This document shows, in pieces, positions 47,296 to 56,208 of a stretch of DNA of 64,000 nucleotides. Numbering within the stretch: the first letter of the stretch is position 1; the number at the start of each line of letters is the position of its first letter. A program made the position numbers and the translations under genes. A model generated the notes under the pieces. It made no database searches and was not told the DNA's origin. It saw only the letters and a list, made by a program, of their open reading frames with translations. This DNA comes from Dehalococcoidia bacterium (GTDB lineage: Bacteria > Chloroflexota > Dehalococcoidia > UBA2979): contig OZ244720.1 of assembly GCA_965219085.1 (NCBI GenBank), forward strand, positions 1,184,001 through 1,248,000. Direction: 5' to 3'.

Positions 47296-47414
47296 GGATG
47301 CGTCCTCGCGATACCCGTACGAACCGATGCCGTAGCCCTCTTGACTACGACACAACAGGAGCTCGCGCGGCGTCAAGCGGGTCGATCCGCGAGCGCGCCC
47401 TCAAGCGACCGCCT

Positions 47415-48782
47415 CTACCCAATCGCGTCGATGAGCAAGGTCGCGAGGCTGAGGAACACGAGGAAGCCCACGACGTCCGTCGCAGTCGTCAGCCAGATGC
47501 CGGCCGACAGCGCCGGGTCCTGGCGGAACCGCTGCAGCCCCATCGGGATCAACACCCCGGCGACCACGCCCACGAGCATGTTCGCCGCGAGCGCGATGCC
47601 GACGACGAGGCCGAGCGCCGCGTTCTCCTGCCACAGCCACGCCGCCACCCCGACGGCGGCGCCGATCACCACACCGTTGACCAGGCCCGTGGCCGCCTCG
47701 TGCAGCACGACGCGCCACAGGTTGCGCCCCGCGAGGCGGCCGACCGCGAGCGAGCGGATGACGACGGTGAGCGTCTGGATGCCCGTGTTACCGCCCTGCC
47801 CCGCCACCACCGGCAGGAACGCCGCCAGCACCGCGACGCGCGCGACGGTGTCCTCGAACGCCGCCACGACGGCCGCCGCGCCCAGCACCGTCACGAGGTT
47901 CACCATCAGCCACGGGAGCCGGAACCGGATCGAGCGACGCACGCTCCGCAGGTCCTCGTCCTCGTGGACGCCGACCTGCCGGAACATGTCCTCGGTCGCC
48001 TCGTCCTCGAGCACGTCGATGAGGTCGTCGGCGGTCAGCGCGCCGAGCAGGTGCCCGTCGTCGTCGACCACCGGCAGCGAGAGCAGCTTGTAGCGCTTGA
48101 GCAGGCGCGCGGCCTCCTCCTGGTCGGTCGAGGCCGTGACCGAGAACACGTCGGGCGTCGCGAGTTCCGTGATGGGGGTCTCGGCAGGCGCGATCAACAG
48201 CGATCGCAGGTTGACGACTCCGCCGAGGCGGCCGTCGGCATCGCGGATGTACACGTAGAACGGCTGCGTCGCGTCGGGCTGGATGGAGCGCAGGTCGTCG
48301 ATCACGTCGGCGGCGACGCGGTCCGGCAGGATGGCGATGAGCTGGCCGGTCATGCGGCCGCCCGCGGTGTCCTCGCCGTGTTCGAGGAGCGCGGCGATGG
48401 CGTGCTGCTGGCGCAGCGGGACGGCGGCGAGTACCTCGCGGCTGATGTCCTCGGGAAGCTCCTGGACGATGTCCGTGGCGATGTCGTCGGCGACGTTCTC
48501 CAGGACGCGCGCGATGCGGTCCGGCTCCAGGCCGACGAGCAGGTCCTCGCGGTAGTGCGGTTCGAGGTAGGCAAGCGCGGAACCCAGCTCGCGCGGCGTC
48601 AGGCGCTGCACGAGCAGGTCGGTGACCTCGTTGTCGACGCCGGCGAAGGCCTCCGCGAGTTGCGCGGGGTGCAACTCGTACGCGAGCGTCAGCGCGCCGA
48701 GCTGGTCCCCGGCCTCGATGCGCGACGCCATCGCCGCCACGGGGTCGAACGGGGCGGCGCGATCGTCCGGCGCGGCGGTCAT
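47415..48782 (-). CDS. mgtE: Magnesium transporter MgtE
   Basis: DTAGGRMT, CBS pair, RLPWL, GQGGNTGIQ, DPAL.AG..LTT.TDV. Confidence 0.95.
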   Translation of the reverse strand: MTAAPDDRAAPFDPVAAMASRIEAGDQLGALTLAYELHPAQLAEAFAGVDNEVTDLLVQRLTPRELGSALAYLEPHYREDLLVGLEPDRIARVLENVADDIATDIVQELPEDISREVLAAVPLRQQHAIAALLEHGEDTAGGRMTGQLIAILPDRVAADVIDDLRSIQPDATQPFYVYIRDADGRLGGVVNLRSLLIAPAETPITELATPDVFSVTASTDQEEAARLLKRYKLLSLPVVDDDGHLLGALTADDLIDVLEDEATEDMFRQVGVHEDEDLRSVRRSIRFRLPWLMVNLVTVLGAAAVVAAFEDTVARVAVLAAFLPVVAGQGGNTGIQTLTVVIRSLAVGRLAGRNLWRVVLHEAATGLVNGVVIGAAVGVAAWLWQENAALGLVVGIALAANMLVGVVAGVLIPMGLQRFRQDPALSAGIWLTTATDVVGFLVFLSLATLLIDAIG

Positions 48783-48840
48783 GCGAGTGGCCTCATTGGG
48801 ACGATTGTACGCAGCCGCGCGCCGCCGCCCGCGCGTGTCG

Positions 48841-49296
48841 TCAGCGGCGCCCGCCGCCGAAGAAACGCCGGACGGAACCCCACACGCCGCCGCCGCCGCG
48901 GCTGCCAAGGCCGTCGAGGAACTCACCCCACGCCGCCTCCGCGGAGGAGGAGCGCTTCAGGTCGCGTACACGCTCGTCGATGATGTCGCGGACGCGGCCC
49001 TCCTCGCCGGCGTCGAGCCAGAAGCCGTGCTCGTCGCGGCACGTGTCGATCTCAAGGTCGTAGGCACGGTAGTTGAACGCGGCCATCGGCTCCTCGCACA
49101 CCGGGCAGCGCAACTCCGAGTCGCGCTCGGAGAAGCGGATCGTGCCGCGGCGCTCACCCTCGTCGGCCCGAGTGGCCTCCAGTTCGTCGAGCTCGTGGTG
49201 GTCGAGCCAGCGGCCGTTACAGGTCCCGCAATGGTCGACCTCGATGCCGTGCATCCGCTCCTCGATCAGGTCCGTACCGTCCCTCGGGCATTGCAT
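48841..49296 (-). CDS. Double zf-TFIIB-like zinc-ribbon protein
   Basis: CPRD..DHCGTCNGRWLD..EL and CPVC..DTC..HGFWLDAGE. Confidence 0.85.
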   Translation of the reverse strand: MQCPRDGTDLIEERMHGIEVDHCGTCNGRWLDHHELDELEATRADEGERRGTIRFSERDSELRCPVCEEPMAAFNYRAYDLEIDTCRDEHGFWLDAGEEGRVRDIIDERVRDLKRSSSAEAAWGEFLDGLGSRGGGGVWGSVRRFFGGGRR

Positions 49297-49428
49297 CGAT
49301 GTGGCCTCGAATCAGGAATTGCGTGCTCGGATCGGCGCTGCCGGGATGCCGCTGCGCGGTGTCGATCAAGTGTACCAGCGCGGTGTCGCGGAGCCGGTCA
49401 CAAAGTGCCTGCGTGGTAGGATGCCGCC

Positions 49429-49944
49429 ATGACCAGCGACTCCCCGGCCGTCGACCCCCGGCACTTCCGCGACGTGGCCGGCTCCTTCGCGACGGGCGTC
49501 ACGGTAGTGACCACGCACGACGACGAACACGGCCCACGCGGCCTCACCGCGAACGCCGTGGCCTCGCTCTCACTCGACCCCGCGCTGTTCCTCGTGTGCG
49601 TCGACCTGCACGCCGGGTCGTACGAGGCGATGGCGCGCGCGGGCCGCTTCGCGATCAACATGCTCGCGGCCGACCAGGAGGGCGTCTCGCAGTTCTTCGC
49701 GCGCCCCAACGACCCGGATGAGCCGATGGGCCCGCACGCCTGGCGGATGAGCGAGCAGGGCTCGCCGCTGCTGGAGGGCGCGATCGCGTGGGTGGACTGC
49801 CGGACACACTCGGTCCTCGACGGCGGCGACCACAAGATCTTCGTGGGTGAGGTGGTGGGCTGCGAGGTGGCGCGCCCGGACGCCGAGCCGCTGCTGTTTT
49901 TCCGAGGCCGCTACCGTGCGATTGGCCCGGCGGACTCTCAGTAG
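49429..49944 (+). CDS. Flavin reductase-like protein
   Basis: FATGVTVVT, SLSLDP, FAINML, GGDH, PLLFFRG. Confidence 0.93.
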   Translation: MTSDSPAVDPRHFRDVAGSFATGVTVVTTHDDEHGPRGLTANAVASLSLDPALFLVCVDLHAGSYEAMARAGRFAINMLAADQEGVSQFFARPNDPDEPMGPHAWRMSEQGSPLLEGAIAWVDCRTHSVLDGGDHKIFVGEVVGCEVARPDAEPLLFFRGRYRAIGPADSQ

Positions 49945-49955
49945 TAGCCAGCTCC

Positions 49956-50366
49956 CTATGGTGCTTCAGCACGCACCAGTTGCGAGAGCAGAGCGGGCGC
50001 ACGCACGATCCGGATGCCCTCGTACTCCCCGATTGGCAGGAGGTGCTGACGGTCGCCCGTCACGAGGTAGTCCGCCTCCGCCGCGCACGCCAGTATCCGG
50101 TTGTCGGCGTGGCCGCCCGCGACCACCTCGACGAGACTGTGAGGCTCAATGATCGTCGCCGCGTCGCGCAGCATCGCGATTGCCTGCGACGATCGCGCCT
50201 CGCTCCAACCGAACTTCCGCGTGAGCACTCCCGCGACTTCCGCGAGGATGAAGGGCGAGAGCACCAGCTCGAACCGCCCCCGGCGGCCGTACTCAAGCAC
50301 CAACCGCTCGTTGCCGGGGAAGTTGAGGGCGGACACCACGACATTGGTGTCCAGGACGACCCTCAT
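49956..50366 (-). CDS. PIN-family toxin
   Basis: RVVLDTNVVVSA, DNRILACA, LVTGD.HLL. Confidence 0.92.
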   Translation of the reverse strand: MRVVLDTNVVVSALNFPGNERLVLEYGRRGRFELVLSPFILAEVAGVLTRKFGWSEARSSQAIAMLRDAATIIEPHSLVEVVAGGHADNRILACAAEADYLVTGDRQHLLPIGEYEGIRIVRAPALLSQLVRAEAP

Positions 50367-50620
50367 CCGCGTCCGGTGCCCGCCTCGGCCCGGTACTCCG
50401 CGACGAGGCGCTCGACATCGTCGGGGCTGATCCCGGCCCGTCTCGCCTGCTGCTCACCGTACTCGATGAGTTCCTGCCACTCCCACTCTTCCATGTAGCG
50501 GAGGAGCGCTTCCCGGACGAACGCGGAGCGCGTCCGTCCGTCCCGGCCGGTCAGCTCGTCCAATCGGTCAGACATCTCGGGCGGCAGGGAGAAGGTGATC
50601 GTCCTGGTGGTTCGAGGCAT
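50363..50620 (-). CDS. Ribbon-helix-helix (CopG) antitoxin
   Basis: ITFSLPPEM...GRTRS.FVREAL; ATGA overlap with the toxin. Confidence 0.9.
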   Translation of the reverse strand: MPRTTRTITFSLPPEMSDRLDELTGRDGRTRSAFVREALLRYMEEWEWQELIEYGEQQARRAGISPDDVERLVAEYRAEAGTGRG

Positions 50621-50768
50621 GGGCCGTCCGGTTATTACTGCGTCTTACTACAGACTGCTTCTCCAACGCCGGTCGCGTCAAGCCGGTGCTGCTCGGCCGT
50701 GCGCACGGTTGGCGCATCCCCACAGCCTGTTACACTCGATGCAGCGGCCGTGGGCCGCGTCTCCACGT

Positions 50769-50846
50769 GGTGGGTGTCGCCTAGCGGTCTAAGGCGCCAG
50801 GTTGTGGCCCTGGAGAGCGGGGGTTCAAATCCCCTCACCCACCCCA
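50769..50846 (+). tRNA. tRNA-His(GTG)
   Basis: G-1, acceptor GTGGGTG/CACCCAC, anticodon arm CCAGG-TTGTGGC-CCTGG, TTCAAAT T-loop, C73 and encoded CCA. Confidence 0.97.
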
Positions 50847-50929
50847 ACACTTCCCATCTATCACGCACGTCTATCACGCACGCGACCGTGCTACGATCGT
50901 TGTGCTCCAACCACCGCCCGGGAGGCACC

Positions 50930-52138
50930 ATGCACCTTCGGCTTGCGCTGCCCGCGGCCCTCCTCGCCGCGCTGCTCGCGCTCTTCGCCGTCGCCTGCGG
51001 TGGCGACAACGACGCCACCGTCGAGGAACCCACCGACCCGACCAACGACTTCGCCGCCCGCGTCCTCCAGCTCGGCGAACCCCTCGACACCGTCATCGAG
51101 ACGCGCAACGGCGAGCTCGTGCCCGGGCTGCAGGCCATCCTCAACCCGGAGGCGCTGACGGTCCTCGGGAACGCCATCGAGGATGGCGACGAGCGGGTCA
51201 CCCTCATCGCGGAGACGGCGGGCATGACCCCCGAGGAGTTCCGCGCCGCGTGGGAAGCCGACCGCGCCCAGGCGTTCGCGCAGTTCGCCGCCGGACTCCG
51301 CGACGCCGAGGACCCGCAGGCTATCCGCGATGATCTGTTCCTCTCGGACATCGCCGCACTCCCGGTGCATCCCGACGCGGTGCTCGTCGCCAGCGGACGC
51401 ATCGACAACCCGGACGGCTCGCAACGCTACTTCATCGTCTTCGACCTCATCGGCTCGCCGGCCGACATCGAGCAGACGGTCGCGGAGCAGCTCGACCAGT
51501 CGCCGTGGCAGGCCACCGGTGGGCAGTCGTCCGAGGAGATCGCGATCGTCCAGTTCCAGAGCACCGTGAGCGCGGACGTACAGGGCGTGGCCTGGGTGCA
51601 GCCCATCCTCTCGAGCGCCACACTCACAGCGGCTGCAGCCGAAGCTGCCGCAGCCGAGGGCGAGGGCGAGGGCGAGGGCGACGCCACGGACGCGGGCGCG
51701 CCGACCCTGGAAGGCCCGCTCGCCAGCCTGCTCTACCTCATCCAGGTCTTGCCGCCCACCACGTCCGAACCACCCGACTTCGAGCTGCCCGAGGGCCGGC
51801 CGCTGCCCGCGGCGTTCCCGGCCGCATTCCTGGTCGACGACGACATGACGGTCGTCAGCACGGCGTGGAGGACCCAGCCCGGCGCGACCGCGTACCAGAT
51901 CACCGTGCTCTCGAGCGGATCGAGCTTCGACCTTGCGGAGGACTACCGTGAGCGCCTCGAAGGTGAGGGCTGGGAACTGACCGCCGACGAAGCGGTCGGC
52001 TTCGCGACAGTCCTGGGGTTTGCCTCGGAGAGCGACGGCATCCAGGGTCAGATCCAGCTCGACGCCTTCCAGGAGGACGAGGGCTACACCCAGGTCATCC
52101 TCGAACTACAGGTCAGCTCACGGACGCCCAGCGAGTAG
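50930..52138 (+). CDS. Hypothetical acidic lipoprotein
   Basis: GGAGG RBS, signal peptide with AVAC lipobox. Confidence 0.8.
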   Translation: MHLRLALPAALLAALLALFAVACGGDNDATVEEPTDPTNDFAARVLQLGEPLDTVIETRNGELVPGLQAILNPEALTVLGNAIEDGDERVTLIAETAGMTPEEFRAAWEADRAQAFAQFAAGLRDAEDPQAIRDDLFLSDIAALPVHPDAVLVASGRIDNPDGSQRYFIVFDLIGSPADIEQTVAEQLDQSPWQATGGQSSEEIAIVQFQSTVSADVQGVAWVQPILSSATLTAAAAEAAAAEGEGEGEGDATDAGAPTLEGPLASLLYLIQVLPPTTSEPPDFELPEGRPLPAAFPAAFLVDDDMTVVSTAWRTQPGATAYQITVLSSGSSFDLAEDYRERLEGEGWELTADEAVGFATVLGFASESDGIQGQIQLDAFQEDEGYTQVILELQVSSRTPSE

Positions 52139-52265
52139 GCCCGACCAGGGCCGGCTCGTGACGCCGGCGGCCGGCCGAGGCGCCCCGGCGCCGGCATGGA
52201 AATGCGACAATGGCTACGTCGGGTCCTCCACCGAACCGGGGGACGCCCGGAAGGCGGGCGGCGAG

Positions 52266-52676
52266 GTGACGACCAGCGCGCGATGCACCTACGGAGGCGG
52301 GTTGCTGCGCCGCGGCTGCGGGCAGGCCGCCGTGACCGACTGCGTCTACTGCGCCCGTCCGTTCTGCGAGGAGCACGGCCAGCGCGGCGCGCAGTACATG
52401 GACGTGTGCAGCCGCACGCGCTGCCAGCGGAAGCGCGAAGACCTGGACGCCCACACCGAGTGGCGGGCCCGCATGGAGCTCTCGAACCGCGTGAGCGTGT
52501 GCGCCGACGAGCGCTGCGACTCGCGGATGCGCCACGAGTGCTCGCGCTGCCGGCTGCTGTTCTGCGCCGACCATGTCCGCGAGATGCGCGGCCGCGACTC
52601 GAGCCGGCAACGGCCGGCCGGCATCAAGGCGCTGGTGTGCGCCCACTGCGGCGAGCGCCGCAAGATCTGGACCTAA
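52266..52676 (+). CDS. Cys/His-rich zinc-finger protein (two AN1/B-box-like units)
   Basis: C..C..CVYC..FCEEH..C..C and C..C..CSRC..FCADH..CAHC. Confidence 0.7.
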   Translation: MTTSARCTYGGGLLRRGCGQAAVTDCVYCARPFCEEHGQRGAQYMDVCSRTRCQRKREDLDAHTEWRARMELSNRVSVCADERCDSRMRHECSRCRLLFCADHVREMRGRDSSRQRPAGIKALVCAHCGERRKIWT

Positions 52677-52769
52677 CTGTACTGACCACACCCAACGGAG
52701 AGCGCCATCGCGGGGGGCCTCATCGCCCCGCCTCGCCTTCCGCCACCAGTTCCCCGTCGGTGCTGGCTC

Positions 52770-53400
52770 GTATCAGCCCCCTCATGTCCCATCCGTCCGG
52801 GGCGACCGTGTAGAGCACCACGTCGGCGTGGGGGCAAACATCGAGATTGCTGCAACTCGAAAACGGCGCCAGGCGGACGGCAAGCCGCGTGCCCGCTGGA
52901 GACCAGGCCAGGCCCAGAGCGTCGTTGATGGGCGGGGCAACGCGGTGGATCCGCTGCGACCCTTCAACAGAGACGGCAAACAGCCCTCCATCCGGATCGA
53001 TCGAGGAGGACCGCGGGCCGTATACCTCGTCGCCGCTGCGCGACCACAGCAGCGGCCCGAACTGCCCTTCAGCGCTCCACCATCAACCTCGAAGATGCAC
53101 AGCACGTCCGAACCGGACGCCACCATCGGGTGCAGAACGCCGTCCTGCAGGAAGGCGATGCGCGTCCCGTCCGGCGACCACGCCGGCCCCGCACCCCACA
53201 CGTTCGAACCGGCCGCCCCCTCCGCGACGAGCGTGAGGTTTGAAGCACGCTCGGACCCACGGAACGCGAGCCGCGGTCGGGCGACCACACCGGTGCGGTC
53301 TGCGATTCCTGGCCGGGCGTGAGTTGCCGGTGCTCCCTGCCGCCCCCGAAGAAGAACAGCACGCGCTCCGTCTCCTCGAGTCCCTTCGTCTCTCACTGCC
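52770..53400 (-). pseudogene. Decayed TolB/PD40-repeat protein
   Basis: APVWSPD and PAWSPDGTRIAF in different frames. Confidence 0.5.
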
Positions 53401-53555
53401 TTCGGGAGACTGTGTACACGCCCGAACCACACACCCCGGTGGCGAGAGCGCGAACGCGCGACTCCTCCCACTCACGATACGGAACGCGCGCCCGATGGTT
53501 TCACGGAACCGCAGTGACTCACCAAGGCATCGAGGTGCCCGGGCACCTCCGGAAG

Positions 53556-55259
53556 CTACCCCTCGTCGCCCGGTGGCGGGCCGAAGAGGTCCGGGAACGC
53601 CTCCGGGCGGTGGGCGAGGATCAGGTCGGTGCGAGGGGCCATGCGGTGGCGACGGGTGAGCGCGCGGTTCGCGTCGGCCGCGACCGCCATCGCCTCGCCC
53701 GCCAGCGACTCCGCCGCCACCGCTCCCGACGGCTCGACGACGTACGCGCCGCCCGCGCGGTCGGGGCCAGCCGAGGCCACGACGTAGACGCGGTTTTCGG
53801 CCGCGCGGGTGCGCGCGATCACGCGCACGGCATCCTCGGCCGCATCGGCGAGCGGGCTGGCGCACCACACGAGCACCTCGGCGCCCGCGAGCTTGAGCGC
53901 ACGCGCCGGTTCCGGCGCGAGCGCGTCGCGCCCCGCGAGCAGGCCGAGCCGCCCGAGTCGCGTGTCGATCAGCGGCGGCGGCGCCTCGCCCGGCGCGAAG
54001 CCGGCCACCTGCTCGTCGGCGTCGAGGTGCGCCTGCCGGTAGGCGCAGAGCAGCTCCCCACCGTCGAGCAGCAGCAGCGACTTGTACGCGCGCTCCTCGT
54101 CGCTGTCGCCGCGCGCGGGGCGCTCGGCGAGCGTGACAGCCAGCATCAGCCCCGTCTCGGCGCTCAGCGCCTCAAGCTGCGGCAGCAGCTCCTGCTGGCT
54201 CAGTGCGTGCGGGTCGGCGCCGGCGAGGTCGGGCAGCACGAGCAGCTGCGCGCCCTGCGTCGCGAGCGTCGTGGCCGTCGCGCGCACTTGCTCCATGAGC
54301 TCGACCGCCGAGGGCTGCACGGCAAGCGCGGCCGCCGCCAGCCGCACCTCGGCGTCGGCGACGGTGATCGGCTCGCGGGTCGCGCGCGCCGCAGGTGAGT
54401 CCTCGCCGACGATGGCCGCGCCGCTGTACAGCTCCGGCCGCCGCGCCACCGGCGCACCGCGCACCTCGTCGAGGTCGATCGAGGCGCGGATGATGCCCGG
54501 CGCGTCGCTCGGCGCCTGCACGCGCCAGCGCCCGGCCGGGTCAACGACGCCCGAGCGGCCGGCGTAGACGATCGTGCCGGCTTCGACGCCGACCTTGTCG
54601 GCGGCGACGACCCACACGCCGTTCTCGATCGCGCGCGCCGCGAGCATGTAGTCGACCTGCGGGTTGGAGAGCGCGGCCGGGTCGCGCCCGCTCGACACCC
54701 ACGCGGTGGGGTCGATGAGCAGCTCGGCGCCCGCAGCAGCGAGCGCTCGAGGGATCTCCGGCAGGCGGCCGTCGGCGCACACGAACAGCCCGGCGCGCGC
54801 CCCGCCGATGTCGACGACCGAGGCCTCCTCACCTGGCTCGAACCACCCCGCCTCGAACCACTCGGTGTCGAAGTGCCAGAGGAAGCGCTTCGCGGTCCTC
54901 GTGAGCACCTCGCCGGAGGGTCCGAAGCAGACGGCCTGGTTGCGGAGCTTGCCACCAGGCGTGCGCTGCACGAGCCCGACGACGATCGTCGTGCCATGGC
55001 GCGCCGCGCGCGCGGCAAGCGTCGCCTCGACTTCGCCGTCGGCGAGCAGGCGCGCGGCCTCGTACGCCGCGCGCGAGTGGAGGTAGTACGCGGGGTAGCT
55101 GGCCTCGGGCGCTACGATCAGGCCGGGCGGCGGACCGTCGGCTGGCGCGGCGGCCTCGTCGATGCGGCGTAGCAGTTCGGCCCATGCCGCCTCGTGGTCG
55201 GCGAGCCCGAACGCGCGCAGTTGCAGCAGCGCTACGTCCAGCACCCGTCCGCCTGTCAC
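53556..55259 (-). CDS. Carbon-nitrogen hydrolase (nitrilase family), two domains
   Basis: APE, AKRFLW, VCADG, RAIENG; second domain ends RAAENRVYV. Confidence 0.88.
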   Translation of the reverse strand: MTGGRVLDVALLQLRAFGLADHEAAWAELLRRIDEAAAPADGPPPGLIVAPEASYPAYYLHSRAAYEAARLLADGEVEATLAARAARHGTTIVVGLVQRTPGGKLRNQAVCFGPSGEVLTRTAKRFLWHFDTEWFEAGWFEPGEEASVVDIGGARAGLFVCADGRLPEIPRALAAAGAELLIDPTAWVSSGRDPAALSNPQVDYMLAARAIENGVWVVAADKVGVEAGTIVYAGRSGVVDPAGRWRVQAPSDAPGIIRASIDLDEVRGAPVARRPELYSGAAIVGEDSPAARATREPITVADAEVRLAAAALAVQPSAVELMEQVRATATTLATQGAQLLVLPDLAGADPHALSQQELLPQLEALSAETGLMLAVTLAERPARGDSDEERAYKSLLLLDGGELLCAYRQAHLDADEQVAGFAPGEAPPPLIDTRLGRLGLLAGRDALAPEPARALKLAGAEVLVWCASPLADAAEDAVRVIARTRAAENRVYVVASAGPDRAGGAYVVEPSGAVAAESLAGEAMAVAADANRALTRRHRMAPRTDLILAHRPEAFPDLFGPPPGDEG

Positions 55260-55262
55260 TGA

Positions 55263-55310
55263 CCTGCGGGGTTTCCCCGCGTCCGCGGGAGGCCTGCGGG
55301 GTTTCCCCGC
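55263..55310. repeat. Duplicated palindrome GCGGGGTTTCCCCGC
   Basis: CCTGCGGGGTTTCCCCGC twice in the intergenic gap. Confidence 0.7.
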
Positions 55311-55312
55311 AT

Positions 55313-56083
55313 CTACGGGGACTCCGCGACGACCGGATTCACGAGGTAGCCGACGCCCTCGACCTCGACGCGGACGGAGTCACCCGCCGCGAGGCGACGC
55401 GTCGTGCCCGGCGTGCCCGTGAAGATGAGGTCGCCGCGCTCGAGGGTCATCGAGCGCGAGATCCAGGCGATGCACGCCCGCACCGAGTGGATGAGGTCCG
55501 CGGTCGAAGCCTCCTGCACCACCTCGCCGTTCACGAGCACGCGTAGCCCGATGTGCTCGGGGTCGAGGTCGGTGGCGATGAACGGGCCGACGGCCGTGAA
55601 GGTGTCGGCGGACTTCGCGCGCCACCACTGCAGGTCGTTGCCCTGCCACGCGCGCGCGGACACGTCGTTGCCGCCGGTGTAGCCGAGCACGTAGTCGTCG
55701 ACGCGGTCCTCGGGGATGTTGCGGCCGCGGCGGCCGATCACGGCGACGACCTCGCCCTCCTCGTCGACCGGCCCGGCGTCTGCCGGGAGCACGATCGCTT
55801 CGCCGGCGCCAATCACGGAGCTCGGCGCCTTGAGGAACGGCTCGGGGTTCGCCGGCTCGGGGCGCGCTTCGGCGCCCGCGGCGAGGTGCGTGCGGTAGTT
55901 CAGCCCGATCGCCACGACCTTGCTCGGCCGTACCGGCGCGAGCAGCGTCGCCTCGCGCGCCGTGAACGACTCGCCCGTCCGCTCGAGGCGGCCGAAGAGC
56001 CCGCCGCGCACGACGTGCAGCGTGTCCCCCTCGACGATCCCGCTGAGGGTGCGACGACCAACGCGAACGCGTCCGAGCAGCAT
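55313..56083 (-). CDS. Fumarylacetoacetate hydrolase family protein
   Basis: IGLNY, FLKAPSS, DEEGE, NDVSAR, AKS.DT, TGTP. Confidence 0.95.
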   Translation of the reverse strand: MLLGRVRVGRRTLSGIVEGDTLHVVRGGLFGRLERTGESFTAREATLLAPVRPSKVVAIGLNYRTHLAAGAEARPEPANPEPFLKAPSSVIGAGEAIVLPADAGPVDEEGEVVAVIGRRGRNIPEDRVDDYVLGYTGGNDVSARAWQGNDLQWWRAKSADTFTAVGPFIATDLDPEHIGLRVLVNGEVVQEASTADLIHSVRACIAWISRSMTLERGDLIFTGTPGTTRRLAAGDSVRVEVEGVGYLVNPVVAESP

Positions 56084-56208
56084 CCGAGGCCTCCTGTCGG
56101 CGGTGCTCGCCCCCTCGATCGACGGTCGGCGCGGGGGACGGGCTGTTCGTTCGGCTCATGCTACGATGCTTCCAGTCATCGTGCGGCACCGCCGCGAGGA
56201 GCCCGCTC

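Noticed and set aside
50769-50846. tRNA-His as an integration site
   Set aside because: No duplicated tRNA 3' end or integrase found in the window
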